In this document: positions 1 to 9,139 of the stretch, piece by piece
Layout: the number at the start of each line of letters is the position of its first letter
How positions within the stretch are numbered: position 1 is the stretch's first letter
Assembly: GCA_036677325.1 (NCBI GenBank)
Contig: JAKFBY010000019.1
Location: 43,289-75,288, forward strand
Source of the DNA: Paucimonas sp.
GTDB taxonomy: Bacteria; Pseudomonadota; Gammaproteobacteria; Burkholderiales; Burkholderiaceae_D
DNA length: 32,000 nt
Reading direction: 5' to 3'
Notes under the pieces: model-generated
Databases searched by the model: none
What the model saw: only the letters and a program-made list of their open reading frames with translations
What the model was told of the DNA's origin: nothing
Position numbers and translations under genes: made by a program

Positions 1-319
1 AGCATCGGCTGGCATCGCCCGATTTTATTGATCATTCCAGTATAGACATGACCTTTGTCGTTTTCAGTGAAATTTCAATGCGGCCGTTTCGGACGTAAAA
101 GACGCACAGCAATTTATAGGCACGGTGTTCGTGTGGAAGACGGGAAAAAAGCCAGTCCAGCAAACCACCTAGCTTAGTCAGCTTCTCTTTATCTCATGTC
201 ACGCGACCAGCCAACAACTCGTGGCTACATAACTTTTGATCTTTATCAGGATCCCTCTGTTGCTAGCTATTATTATTTCTTTACTAAAATCTTATAAATA
301 TCAATATTCGGAGACAAAG

Positions 320-529
320 ATGGAAAATAAAATTTATTCGTCCGTACAAACCTTGTTAATGAACACAAAATGTTCCTGCTGGTATTGCAATCGGCGTTTG
401 GCAGAAGCCCGGCGCTTTTGCGACAAAGTGTGCGCAGAGGCATTCGAAGAAGACGAGATGGCAATCCAGCGCCATATGCTTGCGACCAAAATCGAAGCAG
501 CTGGCAACCCATTCGAGCAACATGCTTGA
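320..529 (+). CDS. small Cys-rich hypothetical protein (possible zinc ribbon)
   Basis: In-frame ATG at 320 inside ORF 236..529, preceded by GGAGA. Cys pattern is KCSCWYCNRR...FCDKVC. No family recognised. Confidence 0.4.
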   Translation: MENKIYSSVQTLLMNTKCSCWYCNRRLAEARRFCDKVCAEAFEEDEMAIQRHMLATKIEAAGNPFEQHA

Positions 530-601
530 GTACACGTTGCAGGCACCAAGAACAAGGCTTGTAAAAGCACGTTTTCTATCCATCACACAAAAATCATTCT
601 G

Positions 602-754
602 ATGAATATTCATTTAAGTCTGGCGCCATTGGTGGCGCTGGTAGCCGGCATCCTGATCTTGGTGATGCCCCGGCTATTGAACATCATTGTGGCAATTTAC
701 TTGATTGCGATTGGCTTGATTGGCCTGCTGGGTGCCGGTACTCTTCGATTGTAG
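602..754 (+). CDS. 50-aa small membrane protein, DUF3096-like
   Basis: Below the ORF-track size cut-off. ATG at 602, TAG at 752-754. Translates to MNIHLSLAPLVALVAGILILVMPRLLNIIVAIYLIAIGLIGLLGAGTLRL, which has two hydrophobic helices. The DUF3096 resemblance is from memory. Confidence 0.5.
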   Translation: MNIHLSLAPLVALVAGILILVMPRLLNIIVAIYLIAIGLIGLLGAGTLRL

Positions 755-1174
755 TGCTTCCGCATTCCATAAGTTGCAGCATGTTGCGTCCAAGCACTTA
801 CGCGTCGATTCGCCGGCAAATCTAGGCGATTGGCCATTCTGGCATACCAGCCAAGCAAACGACTTACTGCACTCGTTTTGATCGCTTGTATAAACGATCG
901 ACTTCCTGCAAACCCATGATCGCAGGCGTAGTAAACCTGTTGCGCTGGCGATACTAAGTTTCTGCAGGCTAATTTTTTAATTTCCATAAATCCAAGCTGG
1001 CCAGCACGCCAGCTTTCTTATTGGCGTTACTGTCTTCCTTCTAATATTGATATACCTATCTGCTTAGTCGGAGGGTTTTGTTAAAACCTGACCGGGTTCA
1101 CGGGATAAAAGTTAAATGTTATTAATTTCATTAAAAAGGTATTTGCAATTTTGCATCAATGTTAGTATGGAAAT

Positions 1175-1393
1175 ATGGACGCCCAAAATACGACTGCCAA
1201 GGAAGACAAAGAACGCCGTCGCATGTCCCATGCAGGTGTGCTGGATTCTGCGATTCGCATCGTCGCGCAGTTGGCGTCGTCGAATGATGTGATGACCCGT
1301 TCGCTGGCCAATCGGGCTCTCGCTGAATTGCAGAAGCTGCGGCACGACATGCCAAAACGTCGGCAAACCGATGGCAGATCACTTCGGCGTTAA
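1175..1393 (+). CDS. hypothetical small basic protein
   Basis: 72-aa ORF in an otherwise ORF-poor AT-rich stretch. No recognisable domain. Confidence 0.3.
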   Translation: MDAQNTTAKEDKERRRMSHAGVLDSAIRIVAQLASSNDVMTRSLANRALAELQKLRHDMPKRRQTDGRSLRR

Positions 1394-1640
1394 GTCGCGA
1401 AATATCGATACTGCCTGATGTGCTCCGGAATATGCGCCACAGATTCAGCCTGTCGGCAATTCAGTGAATGTCATCGCAGCTGAGCCTCCCCAACCAAACC
1501 GCAATCTTGCCGATCGCCGCAATTCTTCCCTGATGTGCGTGTGAAGGTAATGACTACTTTGGCGGCGGCACGCTTCTGTAACTCGGCGCGAGTGACACGT
1601 CTTGATTATGAAAAGATAGCCGCTTGAATTGGCGACCAGG

Positions 1641-2048
1641 TTAGAACAGTTGTGGTGTGCACAGTAGCGTGATGTGCATCTTGCTGATCGAATCGGCATC
1701 CTTGAAGCGAACCCCGACCTTGAATTGATTTACACCCAACGAGAGGCAATAAACCACCTTGCCCCAGATATTAATACGTTTTATTGCATCGGATATCAGT
1801 ACGTCGATGGCGAGCACACACTCGTCTTCGGCAGCCAACGGTTCGGTCACGAGAATGCCGATACCCCCAAGCGAAATATCAACAGTATTTATTTCCCGTT
1901 GAATCGAATCACCAACCAACAGGCGCCCCGGCCCGAAAAGACTTTTTCTGGGCATTGCCCGCAATTCGGCCGCGTTGGCTTTATCTAATCGGGCATCGGT
2001 TGTCGGCACAAGGATCGAGCCCAGAAAGGGCGTAATTGCTTCAAGCAA
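1641..2048 (-). CDS. PilZ domain-containing protein
   Basis: A DISLGG motif (D/NxSxxG) follows an Arg-containing N-terminal segment (PRKSLFGPGR). The size and beta-rich C-terminal half fit PilZ. The RxxxR motif is degenerate. Confidence 0.6.
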   Translation of the reverse strand: MLEAITPFLGSILVPTTDARLDKANAAELRAMPRKSLFGPGRLLVGDSIQREINTVDISLGGIGILVTEPLAAEDECVLAIDVLISDAIKRINIWGKVVYCLSLGVNQFKVGVRFKDADSISKMHITLLCTPQLF

Positions 2049-2448
2049 TATTCTGCCGCAAATGTTAAATGACGAAGGTTAATTCTTGTAACTTTTTCCT
2101 TCCTGCCTGTGGCCGTAAGTCTGGAAATTCGCAGGCACAGGCAGAATCCTTTGGGCGATACCGAATGCGGCGCTTGGCCGTGACTGATTCAGTCCGGTCG
2201 ATCAAGCCGTGCCCTAGGCAATGTCGCCGCCGGCTCTGGCAAAACTCAAACGCTCAGCATGAACGCGGCGAAAGTTGGCATCGGCGGCCTCGATATTTTC
2301 AAGGCAGATGGTGGCCATGCCGGATTGGCGGCGAGATCTGACCGACGCTTTCATCTGGGCATTTCACCATGCAGCCGATCCGCAAGGTTCAGCCATAGCG
2401 CCAACGCCGTTCTTCTGGTTTGGAAAGGCAGTGACTGAAAAAGAGGGC

Positions 2449-3198
2449 TTAGCGCTGGTAACGGCTGTAAGCCGTACGAGGCGGTTCAGATTGAATTACT
2501 GTGACAGAGGGCCTGTAGGAACTGCCTTCAATTGGCCGATTCAAGGCTCTTTCCATTGCCGCGTTTTGCTGCTGCACACGGGATTTGGCCAGCTGTTCTT
2601 CTCGCAGTTGCGCGCTTTTTTCCTGCCTTTCTTCGCGTTCTACTTCGCGTTGGCGGCTGGCTTCCATTTGTTCGATCTGTGAATGAATTCGCTGCCCGTC
2701 GTAACGGGCACGCTCCGTCAGCTGTCGGTTGTTTTCTTCATCTCTTCGTTCCTGCGACAGTCTTACTTGTTCCGCGTGTATTTTTTCGGCCTCGGCTAAT
2801 TTTTCAGCTTTTTCCGCTTCGACTTTCGCCTTCGCTTCTTCTAGCCGCAACTGCTCAATTCTGGCTTTGTTTTGCTGGTTGTTATAAAGGTAGGTGCTAC
2901 CTAAGGCCAACACCGTTGCCACCACCATGATTTTTAGCCATGGGGCAGGCCGTGCCTCGACTACCTGATACGACACAGGTTGACTCAATATCTTGAGTTT
3001 TTGGTCATAACGTTCCCGTCGGGCCGGCGAGGTGAGCACCGAATACGCTTCTTCGATTGCCCGCAGTTCCAAATTGTCGGGTTCCGACAGCAGCTTTTGT
3101 TCATCTTTTAATACGTGCAGACGAATCCGATATGCCTGTTCTATTTGAAGATCGGTGGCGTTACTGCTTAAGCCCAATATGTCGTATAGATTGCGCAT
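2449..3198 (-). CDS. membrane-anchored J-like (DnaJ N-terminal-like) domain protein with coiled coil
   Basis: N-terminus NLYDILGL...IEQAYR...IEEAYSVLTSPARRERYD matches J-domain helices. It has one TM segment (WLKIMVVATVLALGSTYLY) and an E/K/A-rich coiled coil. The HPD tripeptide is absent (HVL instead). Confidence 0.7.
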   Translation of the reverse strand: MRNLYDILGLSSNATDLQIEQAYRIRLHVLKDEQKLLSEPDNLELRAIEEAYSVLTSPARRERYDQKLKILSQPVSYQVVEARPAPWLKIMVVATVLALGSTYLYNNQQNKARIEQLRLEEAKAKVEAEKAEKLAEAEKIHAEQVRLSQERRDEENNRQLTERARYDGQRIHSQIEQMEASRQREVEREERQEKSAQLREEQLAKSRVQQQNAAMERALNRPIEGSSYRPSVTVIQSEPPRTAYSRYQR

Positions 3199-3703
3199 GA
3201 GTGTTGATTTGTAATTTTAATAATGCCTGCTTTTATACCAAATTTATTAATGAAAATAAATATGATTTTTCATTCATTCAAAACAGGCTGCCATGCCGGC
3301 GATATGCAATTGTGCGCTGGTGCCGGCACAATGATGTAATTTTCATCATTTTCTGTAACCTCCGGTGGCATTCATTGCATGGCGTTGAACCAGTAGGGCG
3401 CTGAGCCGCAATAAAGAAATTTCCAGTTCGCTAAATCGAGATAAGCGCGCTCTAAAGCTGACGCGTAGTGTTTTGTTGGCACTGACCCTGCCCGACGCTT
3501 CTTTCCCGCTGATGAATGATTAATGTGATAATTTGCCTATGCCGCATGCTGTTCAAGCCGATTGAAACGGGTGGGCATTTTCAGAACGCTGCATCCGATC
3601 GGTGAATAGGGATGACATGAGCCCGGCAGATGTTTTTGAAGGCGTCTCAGCTTCGGACGCAACCAGTCGAATTAATTTTCCTTCTTTTTTATGAAATTCC
3701 GTT

Positions 3704-4759
3704 ATGACGCAGCTGATTAATGCCCGCATCCTGGCCCAGGAAAACCTGCCGCCGCCGTCCGCGATCCACAAGGATATTCCTCAAACAAAGAAGTCCCTGG
3801 CAGCTGTGCTGAGCGGACGTGCAACGCTGGAAGATATTCTGGACAGAAAAGACAAGCGCCACTTTATCGTGGTCGGCCCCTGTTCCATACATGACCCGGC
3901 TGCGGCGCTTGATTATGCAAACCGGCTCAAACCCTTGGCTGACGAAGTCGCCGATGTGATGGTGTTGGTGATGCGAGTGTATTTTGAAAAGCCGCGAACC
4001 ACGGTTGGCTGGAAGGGGTTGATTAATGACCCGGACCGGGACGATTCGTTCAACATGGTCAAGGGTATCCGGATTGCCCGCACGCTCTTGCGAGACATTA
4101 GTGAAATGGGGTTGGCCATTGGAACCGAGGCACTCGATCCGCTCATGCCGCAGTATCTGGGCGATCTGATCAGCTGGAACGCCATCGGTGCGCGCACCAC
4201 GGAATCCCAGACACACCGGGAAATGGCAAGTGGGCTGTCGACACCGGTGGGCCTGAAAAATGGCACCGATGGCGGCTTGGCGGTGGCAATCAATGCGATG
4301 CAGTCTGCGCTGACGCCGCATGCCTTTCTTGGAATCGATGCAGATGGGCTGACGTCGGTTATTCGTACGGCTGGCAATCCGCATGGTCACCTGATCCTGC
4401 GTGGTGGCAAGACTCCCAACTATGACGCCGATGCCGTCGCGCAGGCCGAGGATTTGCTGCAAAAATCCGGATTGCCGTCATCAATCGTGGTCGACTGCAG
4501 TCATGGCAACTCAAACAAGGACCATCGGAGGCAAATCGGCGTACTTCTGGAAGTCGTTCAGCAAATCCGGAATGGCAATAAGAGCCTGGTTGGGATGATG
4601 ATTGAGTCCAATATCGTCGAAGGGGCGCAAAAAATCCAGGCTGACCTATCGGCGCTGGTGTATGGTCAATCGGTGACCGATGCCTGTATTGGTTGGGATG
4701 ACACGGTTGCTGGCATCCGGGAGGCAGCGGCGGCACTGCGCCAGACTGCAAAGCGTTAA
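3704..4759 (+). CDS. aroG: 3-deoxy-7-phosphoheptulonate (DAHP) synthase, class I
   Basis: 351 aa with full-length resemblance to class I-alpha DAHP synthases (VGPCSIHD, EKPRTTVGWKGL, KNGTDG, DCSHGNS). The isozyme and feedback specificity (G/F/H) cannot be told from sequence. Confidence 0.93.
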   Translation: MTQLINARILAQENLPPPSAIHKDIPQTKKSLAAVLSGRATLEDILDRKDKRHFIVVGPCSIHDPAAALDYANRLKPLADEVADVMVLVMRVYFEKPRTTVGWKGLINDPDRDDSFNMVKGIRIARTLLRDISEMGLAIGTEALDPLMPQYLGDLISWNAIGARTTESQTHREMASGLSTPVGLKNGTDGGLAVAINAMQSALTPHAFLGIDADGLTSVIRTAGNPHGHLILRGGKTPNYDADAVAQAEDLLQKSGLPSSIVVDCSHGNSNKDHRRQIGVLLEVVQQIRNGNKSLVGMMIESNIVEGAQKIQADLSALVYGQSVTDACIGWDDTVAGIREAAAALRQTAKR

Positions 4760-5030
4760 GCTTTACCGATATGTCTGATTCGTCTACGTCATTGAAGCTG
4801 CCGGCACGCATGCTGCAAAGCCGCTTCAGAAGCGCGACACGGCCAGTATAGGCAGTTAGCTTAGCCAGTTCAATGTAGTCATTGATCGATCGAATCGATC
4901 CGGATAACGCTGTCGGGCAGCACCTGTTATAACGAAACGGCATACCGGTCATCAGATAAATAAAGCAGACAGAATCAAAAGGCCAGCTTATAGTGATTCT
5001 GTCTCCTCCAAATCTCAATGAATTGGATTT

Positions 5031-5063
5031 AGCCCGCACCGCAAGGTTTGCGGGCTTTTTTTT
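5031..5063 (+). terminator. rho-independent terminator-like hairpin plus T-run
   Basis: agcccgca (5031-5038) pairs with tgcgggct (5049-5056) and is followed by a run of 7 T. It lies about 270 nt downstream of the aroG stop with no convincing ORF in between. Confidence 0.6.
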
Positions 5064-5334
5064 GCCGACGCAAACAATCAAATTCAAATCCGATCAAATT
5101 CAAACCATCGGACAAATCAGGTTTGTGCCGGATTGCCTTGCCGAGTAATTGCAGCGGGTATTGGTGTGCTGATAAGGTGCCTGGAAAACCGGGACTGCAC
5201 AGCCCGAACAGTTATGGCTGTCGCGGTGCGACTGTGATCAGCAAAAACGATTCTCCCGGCATCCTGGGGGAAAGCGATGTGAGTTTTTTGGGATGGCAAA
5301 AAATGCGGTCCAGCCACATTGGTTGGGCAGGCTG

Positions 5335-5637
5335 TTACTTCGATTCTTTTTTCCAGCGATTGTGGCCAATGAACTCTTCCCAGCTCAAAAAGCCATCCTT
5401 GCTCTGATCGCGGCTGTCAAATTTATCCAGAATGTAAGGGAAGACCGTAGCCTCCTCCCGCGAAAGCTTGCCATCCTTGTTCTTGTCAGCGCTGTCGAAC
5501 TTTCCTGCCGCCTGCACCTGTGCCAAACGTGCCATATCACCTTTTCTGCCTTGCTCATCGAGTGAGGGAATGATCGATTGCGCCTGTGACCATCCGGCAC
5601 TCACCATCAATACAAAACATAAGCTTGATACTTTCAT
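5335..5637 (-). CDS. secreted EF-hand calcium-binding protein
   Basis: Start moved to the internal ATG (5637), giving MKVSSLCFVLMVSAGWSQAQS, a signal peptide. There are two EF-hand loops: DKNKDGKLSREE and DQSKDGFLSWEE. Confidence 0.7.
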   Translation of the reverse strand: MKVSSLCFVLMVSAGWSQAQSIIPSLDEQGRKGDMARLAQVQAAGKFDSADKNKDGKLSREEATVFPYILDKFDSRDQSKDGFLSWEEFIGHNRWKKESK

Positions 5638-5935
5638 GGCACGCGCCTTCGCTAAACAGGGAAAATTTGTCACGGGCACTCTGATGTATTGTGAATGCGC
5701 ATCCTCGTTGGAAATAGCTTTTTTTCCGTAAAAGACCGTAAAGCCCGGACACAGCATGCTCTACCGCAGATCCCGCCCACGACATCACGTATTGTAAATT
5801 AATTGAATATTGCGAAGTGGAAAAACTATGCGCATGCCTGCATGATTTCCAAAAACAAAAAGATCAAGTCGGCTCTCAGATCAAGCGGGCTCTCGGCGTG
5901 CTTGATTCCTGAAGTGCCTTAATATTACTTTGGAG

Positions 5936-6280
5936 TTACTTCTTTACCCGGCGCTTGTCAACTTCGGCTACCGCTTCCGATATCACCTGCTTCCTGAGAT
6001 TGTCTGTGTAGATATTTGCAAAGCTGCCAGCGAAGTTCGCAGTCTCGTTTTCTTTCATCAATTTTCGGTGAACTGCTTTCAATGCAACTTCACACCGCTC
6101 GGTTGAATCCTTGACGATAGTAGCGGTTGACTCCGGTGATGGCGCCATCGGTATGGATCGCTCCAACACGCAAGTCTTGTAGGAGGCGACCTCGGGCTCT
6201 ACCGTCTTGGCTGTGGTTTGCCCGGTACTGGCACATCCTCCAAAAATGGCAATTATAAAGACACAGGCTAACAATCTCAT
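5936..6280 (-). CDS. hypothetical lipoprotein
   Basis: N-terminus MRLLACVFIIAIFGGCAS has a signal peptide with lipobox (FGGC). No further domain recognised. Confidence 0.6.
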   Translation of the reverse strand: MRLLACVFIIAIFGGCASTGQTTAKTVEPEVASYKTCVLERSIPMAPSPESTATIVKDSTERCEVALKAVHRKLMKENETANFAGSFANIYTDNLRKQVISEAVAEVDKRRVKK

Positions 6281-6424
6281 TGGCGGCTCCTCGAAGGGTA
6301 ATTTGGCGTTCTGAGTGTATGCTTATGTAGCTAAACAGAAATTGCGGATTATCTAAATAGTTTATTTTCCCAAGGTATGGGAGAAGCGCCGTGGCCTCCA
6401 CTTGGATGGTGACGTTCAGAAAGT

Positions 6425-6453
6425 AAAAAAGGGCGACATTTACATGTCAGCCC
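6425..6453 (-). terminator. rho-independent terminator (minus strand)
   Basis: On the minus strand, gggctgacat / atgtcgccc forms a hairpin with one bulge, followed by TTTTTT (plus-strand A-run 6425-6430). It lies about 100 nt downstream of the 6553..7047 gene. Confidence 0.45.
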
Positions 6454-6552
6454 TTAGTGAGGTTGCTTACCCAGGTATTGCCCGTCATTGCGGCACAGGA
6501 AGCTATTCAAATTCCACAAAGCCCGCGTTTGCAGGCCTGCACGGCTTTTTTC

Positions 6553-7047
6553 TTAGGGTATGAGCTGCGGCGCTACCAGGCGCTCCAATATCGCCATCGA
6601 AAACAGCCCGGCATGTGTGGCCTGGAGCTTCCCGTCGCGGTCGAATACGTACACGATGGGCAGTTTCCATTCCTCCAGCTTGCCGAGATTATGTTTGCCG
6701 AGAACCGCCACCGGCAGGCTGAGCTTGCGTGTGGCGATAAATTGGCGCAGTTCAGTCTTGTCATTGAGCGTCGAGGCGGCCAGCGTATATACACCGCGCG
6801 ATGCGTAACTTGCAGCGAAGCGTTGCAATTCCGCTATGCATTTACGGGAAGAGAGCGATTCGGGCGACCACAATGATATCAACGTGATTCCGCCTTTGTG
6901 CTCGGCTAGCGAATAGTGGCTGCCGTCGAGCATTTCAGCCTCGATAACAAGCGCTTCGGCCGGTTGGTCAGCAGCTGCATGCGGCAGCGCGAGGCACAGC
7001 GCAAAAAATATAAGTGCAAGTCGGAAACATGCTGAATGAAGCCCCAT
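6553..7047 (-). CDS. periplasmic thioredoxin-fold (TlpA/redoxin-like) protein lacking CXXC
   Basis: Has a signal peptide (ALIFFALCLALPHAAA) and TlpA-like topology (ITLISLW..., PIVYVFDRDGKL). The active-site position reads WSPESLSSRKC rather than WCxPC. Confidence 0.6.
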   Translation of the reverse strand: MGLHSACFRLALIFFALCLALPHAAADQPAEALVIEAEMLDGSHYSLAEHKGGITLISLWSPESLSSRKCIAELQRFAASYASRGVYTLAASTLNDKTELRQFIATRKLSLPVAVLGKHNLGKLEEWKLPIVYVFDRDGKLQATHAGLFSMAILERLVAPQLIP

Positions 7048-7149
7048 TTTTTGTTCTCCGAATTAATGAAACTGTTCCCAGCTTATCAGCTAATAAGTGC
7101 CGACATCACAAAGCCCAACCGTGTATGTTGGACTTTCTGCCTGAATCTA

Positions 7150-7187
7150 TGGCTCTCTGACCTGGACTCGAACCAGATACATGCGGA
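7150..7187 (-). pseudogene. truncated tRNA-Asn 3' half (CCA end, T-arm, 3' strand of anticodon stem)
   Basis: Matches 33 of 38 nt to the 3' portion of the intact tRNA-Asn at 9140-9177. Similarity extends into the downstream terminator-like region (7107-7149 vs 9097-9139, including an identical aagcccaacc). No D-arm or 5' acceptor strand follows. Confidence 0.55.
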
Positions 7188-7607
7188 GCATCAAATCGTC
7201 AATGTTTTATAAATCATCTTTATTAATCATTTGCTTACAGCGGTTTCCGTGTTTCATTTTAATAGCATACAAAGGCGCCAAATTTGAGGGTCGATTTGTT
7301 ATGGCACAATCAATTTCCTATACATGCCCACCCAGTATTTCACTTGCTTCATCGCCATTCTCCTGCAGCCTGATCTGTATCGCTCAGAATGTACTGGAAA
7401 CAGCACATTCAACCCGACTTGTTGGCGATCGCACGCAATTGAGCCAATAAGTGAAAAAATTATCGTCAGTGATTGATCTGCATACATCGCAATTACAAGC
7501 AAAATATTCAATGCATTATGAGAACAAAAATGGAGTGGTCAGAAACGATATTCGTGGGTCAATTTGGATCGATCAGCAGCACCTGCCCTCCAGCCTTAAG
7601 GTACGGG

Positions 7608-7681
7608 TGGCAGTTTTAAGTTGCGAAGGCCCGGCAACTTTGTGATGCAGATAACTGGCAGTTTTATAGTGTGAAGGCCCG
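7608..7681 (+). repeat. two 26-nt imperfect direct repeats (7608-7633 and 7656-7681)
   Basis: tggcagttttaagttgcgaaggcccg vs tggcagttttatagtgtgaaggcccg, 22 of 26 identical, start-to-start spacing 48 nt. They lie 150-225 nt upstream of the lipase ATG. Confidence 0.6.
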
Positions 7682-7833
7682 ATAAATACGAAGCGTATCT
7701 GCAATAAATAGCGATCTTCCGGAATTGTCCCGCAGCAGTAGATCCCGTCATTGTTTGAGGTAACTCACAAACTGTCAATTTGACAACTATAGAATCGGCT
7801 AATTATTCTTCGATTAAATTAAAGGGAGGCGAC

Positions 7834-8829
7834 ATGGGAAGCAAGAAAATTCATATTGCTCTACGGTTCTGTAGATTCTTGCTTCTGCCGCTACTCTGCT
7901 TGTCAACAGGGTGGATGCCGCTATCCGCAAACGCGGAAGTCGGAACCTCTTTTCCTTCCGATTTTCCAGCCATACTGGACCATTCAACAGGCAAGCCGAT
8001 TATTGGTTTTGGCGGTTCCGGCAAAGTGACCAGAACGCCCGTCATCTTTTTGCATGGGAATAATGACACGCCCTATCCAACCAGTTGCAATCCAGCCTAT
8101 GGAAAAATGCAAACGTTTTCCCAATTCTTTCATCAGGCGGGATATTCCGAAAGTGAGTTATGGGGATTAGGATACCAAGGCGATCAATGTGACTTGATTA
8201 ATCAGCCAACCAATCGATCCGGCGAAGCACATACTGTTGCGGCAAACGTTCCCGATTTGCGGCGCTTCGTGCAAGCAGTGTTGACCTATACTGGGGCACG
8301 GCAGGTCGATGTGGTCGGTCACAGCCTCGGGGCCGTTCTGATACGGGAATGGCTGCGCCAGGATAAAGCCTGGCATTTGGTGCGTCGCGTCGTGTCAGTT
8401 GACGGGCCACATAACGGCATTATCAGTTGCTCGCCAAATCGGTTGAACTATTTTCAGCTGCCTGACCTAGGCGGATTTACGCCAGACAGTGCCGTTTGCA
8501 AAGAGTTTGGTGCAGACGACACGCCTTTGCTTGCGCAATTAAACGCCAAACGCAATACGCCTGGTCCGACCCGTTTCATGGCGATCCGTAATGCAGATAC
8601 CAGCTTTGTATACTTTGCACGGCAGGATGGAGTATTAGCGCCTGTCCCGGCAGAAGACCGCAATGGGCAGCCTCACGATTTTTCGTTCAGTGCGCAATTG
8701 CGCGATGCAGTCAATGTGGACGTCTTCAATCAGGGTCAGTTTGACAATATCCTCGGAGCTTCTCATACCGGCATTGTTAATTCTCCACAGGTATGGGAGT
8801 TGACACTGAATTTCTTGCAACCGAAATAA
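7834..8829 (+). CDS. secreted alpha/beta-hydrolase, lipase/esterase-like
   Basis: Start placed at ATG 7834 after AGGGAGG. Signal peptide is LLLPLLCLSTGWMPLSANA. The nucleophile elbow is VVGHSLGA (GxSxG) and the oxyanion-type motif is IFLHGNND. Confidence 0.75.
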   Translation: MGSKKIHIALRFCRFLLLPLLCLSTGWMPLSANAEVGTSFPSDFPAILDHSTGKPIIGFGGSGKVTRTPVIFLHGNNDTPYPTSCNPAYGKMQTFSQFFHQAGYSESELWGLGYQGDQCDLINQPTNRSGEAHTVAANVPDLRRFVQAVLTYTGARQVDVVGHSLGAVLIREWLRQDKAWHLVRRVVSVDGPHNGIISCSPNRLNYFQLPDLGGFTPDSAVCKEFGADDTPLLAQLNAKRNTPGPTRFMAIRNADTSFVYFARQDGVLAPVPAEDRNGQPHDFSFSAQLRDAVNVDVFNQGQFDNILGASHTGIVNSPQVWELTLNFLQPK

Positions 8830-9091
8830 AAAATTTGTTGTTATCTCGCTGGCTGGCCCTGGCATTCCGCCGAGGTCGGCGGCTTCACCGTGTCAGTCAC
8901 TCAAGTGCATGGCGGCTGCAAGTTTTTCAAGATCACGCTATTGCTACACATCTACAGGGGCCGTGACAGAGAAAATTGTGCCAGCACTAAAACGTGCGAG
9001 GCGTTAAAAGCCAAGTCAAAACGGCTATCGGTGGCAAGGCTGCTGATACGCGTCTCAGCAATGCGCGCTACTGCAGAGCCAACACGGTCCG

Positions 9092-9119
9092 GAAAGCAAA
9101 AAGCCCAACCTTGTGGGCT
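9092..9119 (-). terminator. terminator downstream of tRNA-Asn
   Basis: Minus strand has agccca-caaggt-tgggct followed by TTTTTGCTTT. Confidence 0.55.
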
Positions 9120-9139
9120 GGGCTTCTTACTTTGTAACT

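Noticed and set aside
697-987. 96-aa minus-strand ORF
   Set aside because: It converges into and overlaps the DUF3096-like ORF by 58 nt. It has no SD and no recognisable family, with an Arg/Ala-rich composition. It is left unannotated, though it cannot be fully excluded.
2101-2145. 9-bp inverted repeat ctgcctgtg ... cacaggcag with a 24-nt loop, and a 46-aa minus-strand mini-ORF (about 2215-2355), in the PilZ / J-like spacer
   Set aside because: I found no supporting SD, T-run or conservation evidence, so function cannot be argued from sequence alone.
3689-4462. 257-aa ORF (and 3913..4377) antisense to the DAHP synthase gene
   Set aside because: It overlaps the conserved aroG-type CDS completely and has no motifs.
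4359-5087. 242-aa minus-strand ORF spanning the aroG 3' end and the downstream spacer
   Set aside because: It overlaps aroG by about 400 nt and has no SD or recognisable domain. The spacer is better explained as non-coding with hairpins.
5862-5897. Direct repeat gatcaagtcggctctc / gatcaagcgggctctc downstream of the lipoprotein gene
   Set aside because: It is short and imperfect and does not form a convincing terminator hairpin. It is probably chance or a weak structure.
6519-6556. Palindrome tgcaggcctgca followed by a T-run on the plus strand just past the redoxin-like gene stop
   Set aside because: The T-run is on the wrong strand for the minus-strand gene and no plus-strand gene ends here. 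The better minus-strand terminator is at 6425-6453.
7181-7778. Four short overlapping ORFs (60-89 aa) in the AT-rich stretch upstream of the lipase
   Set aside because: They are mutually overlapping, have no SD and no motifs. The region is more likely non-coding or decayed DNA of the islet.
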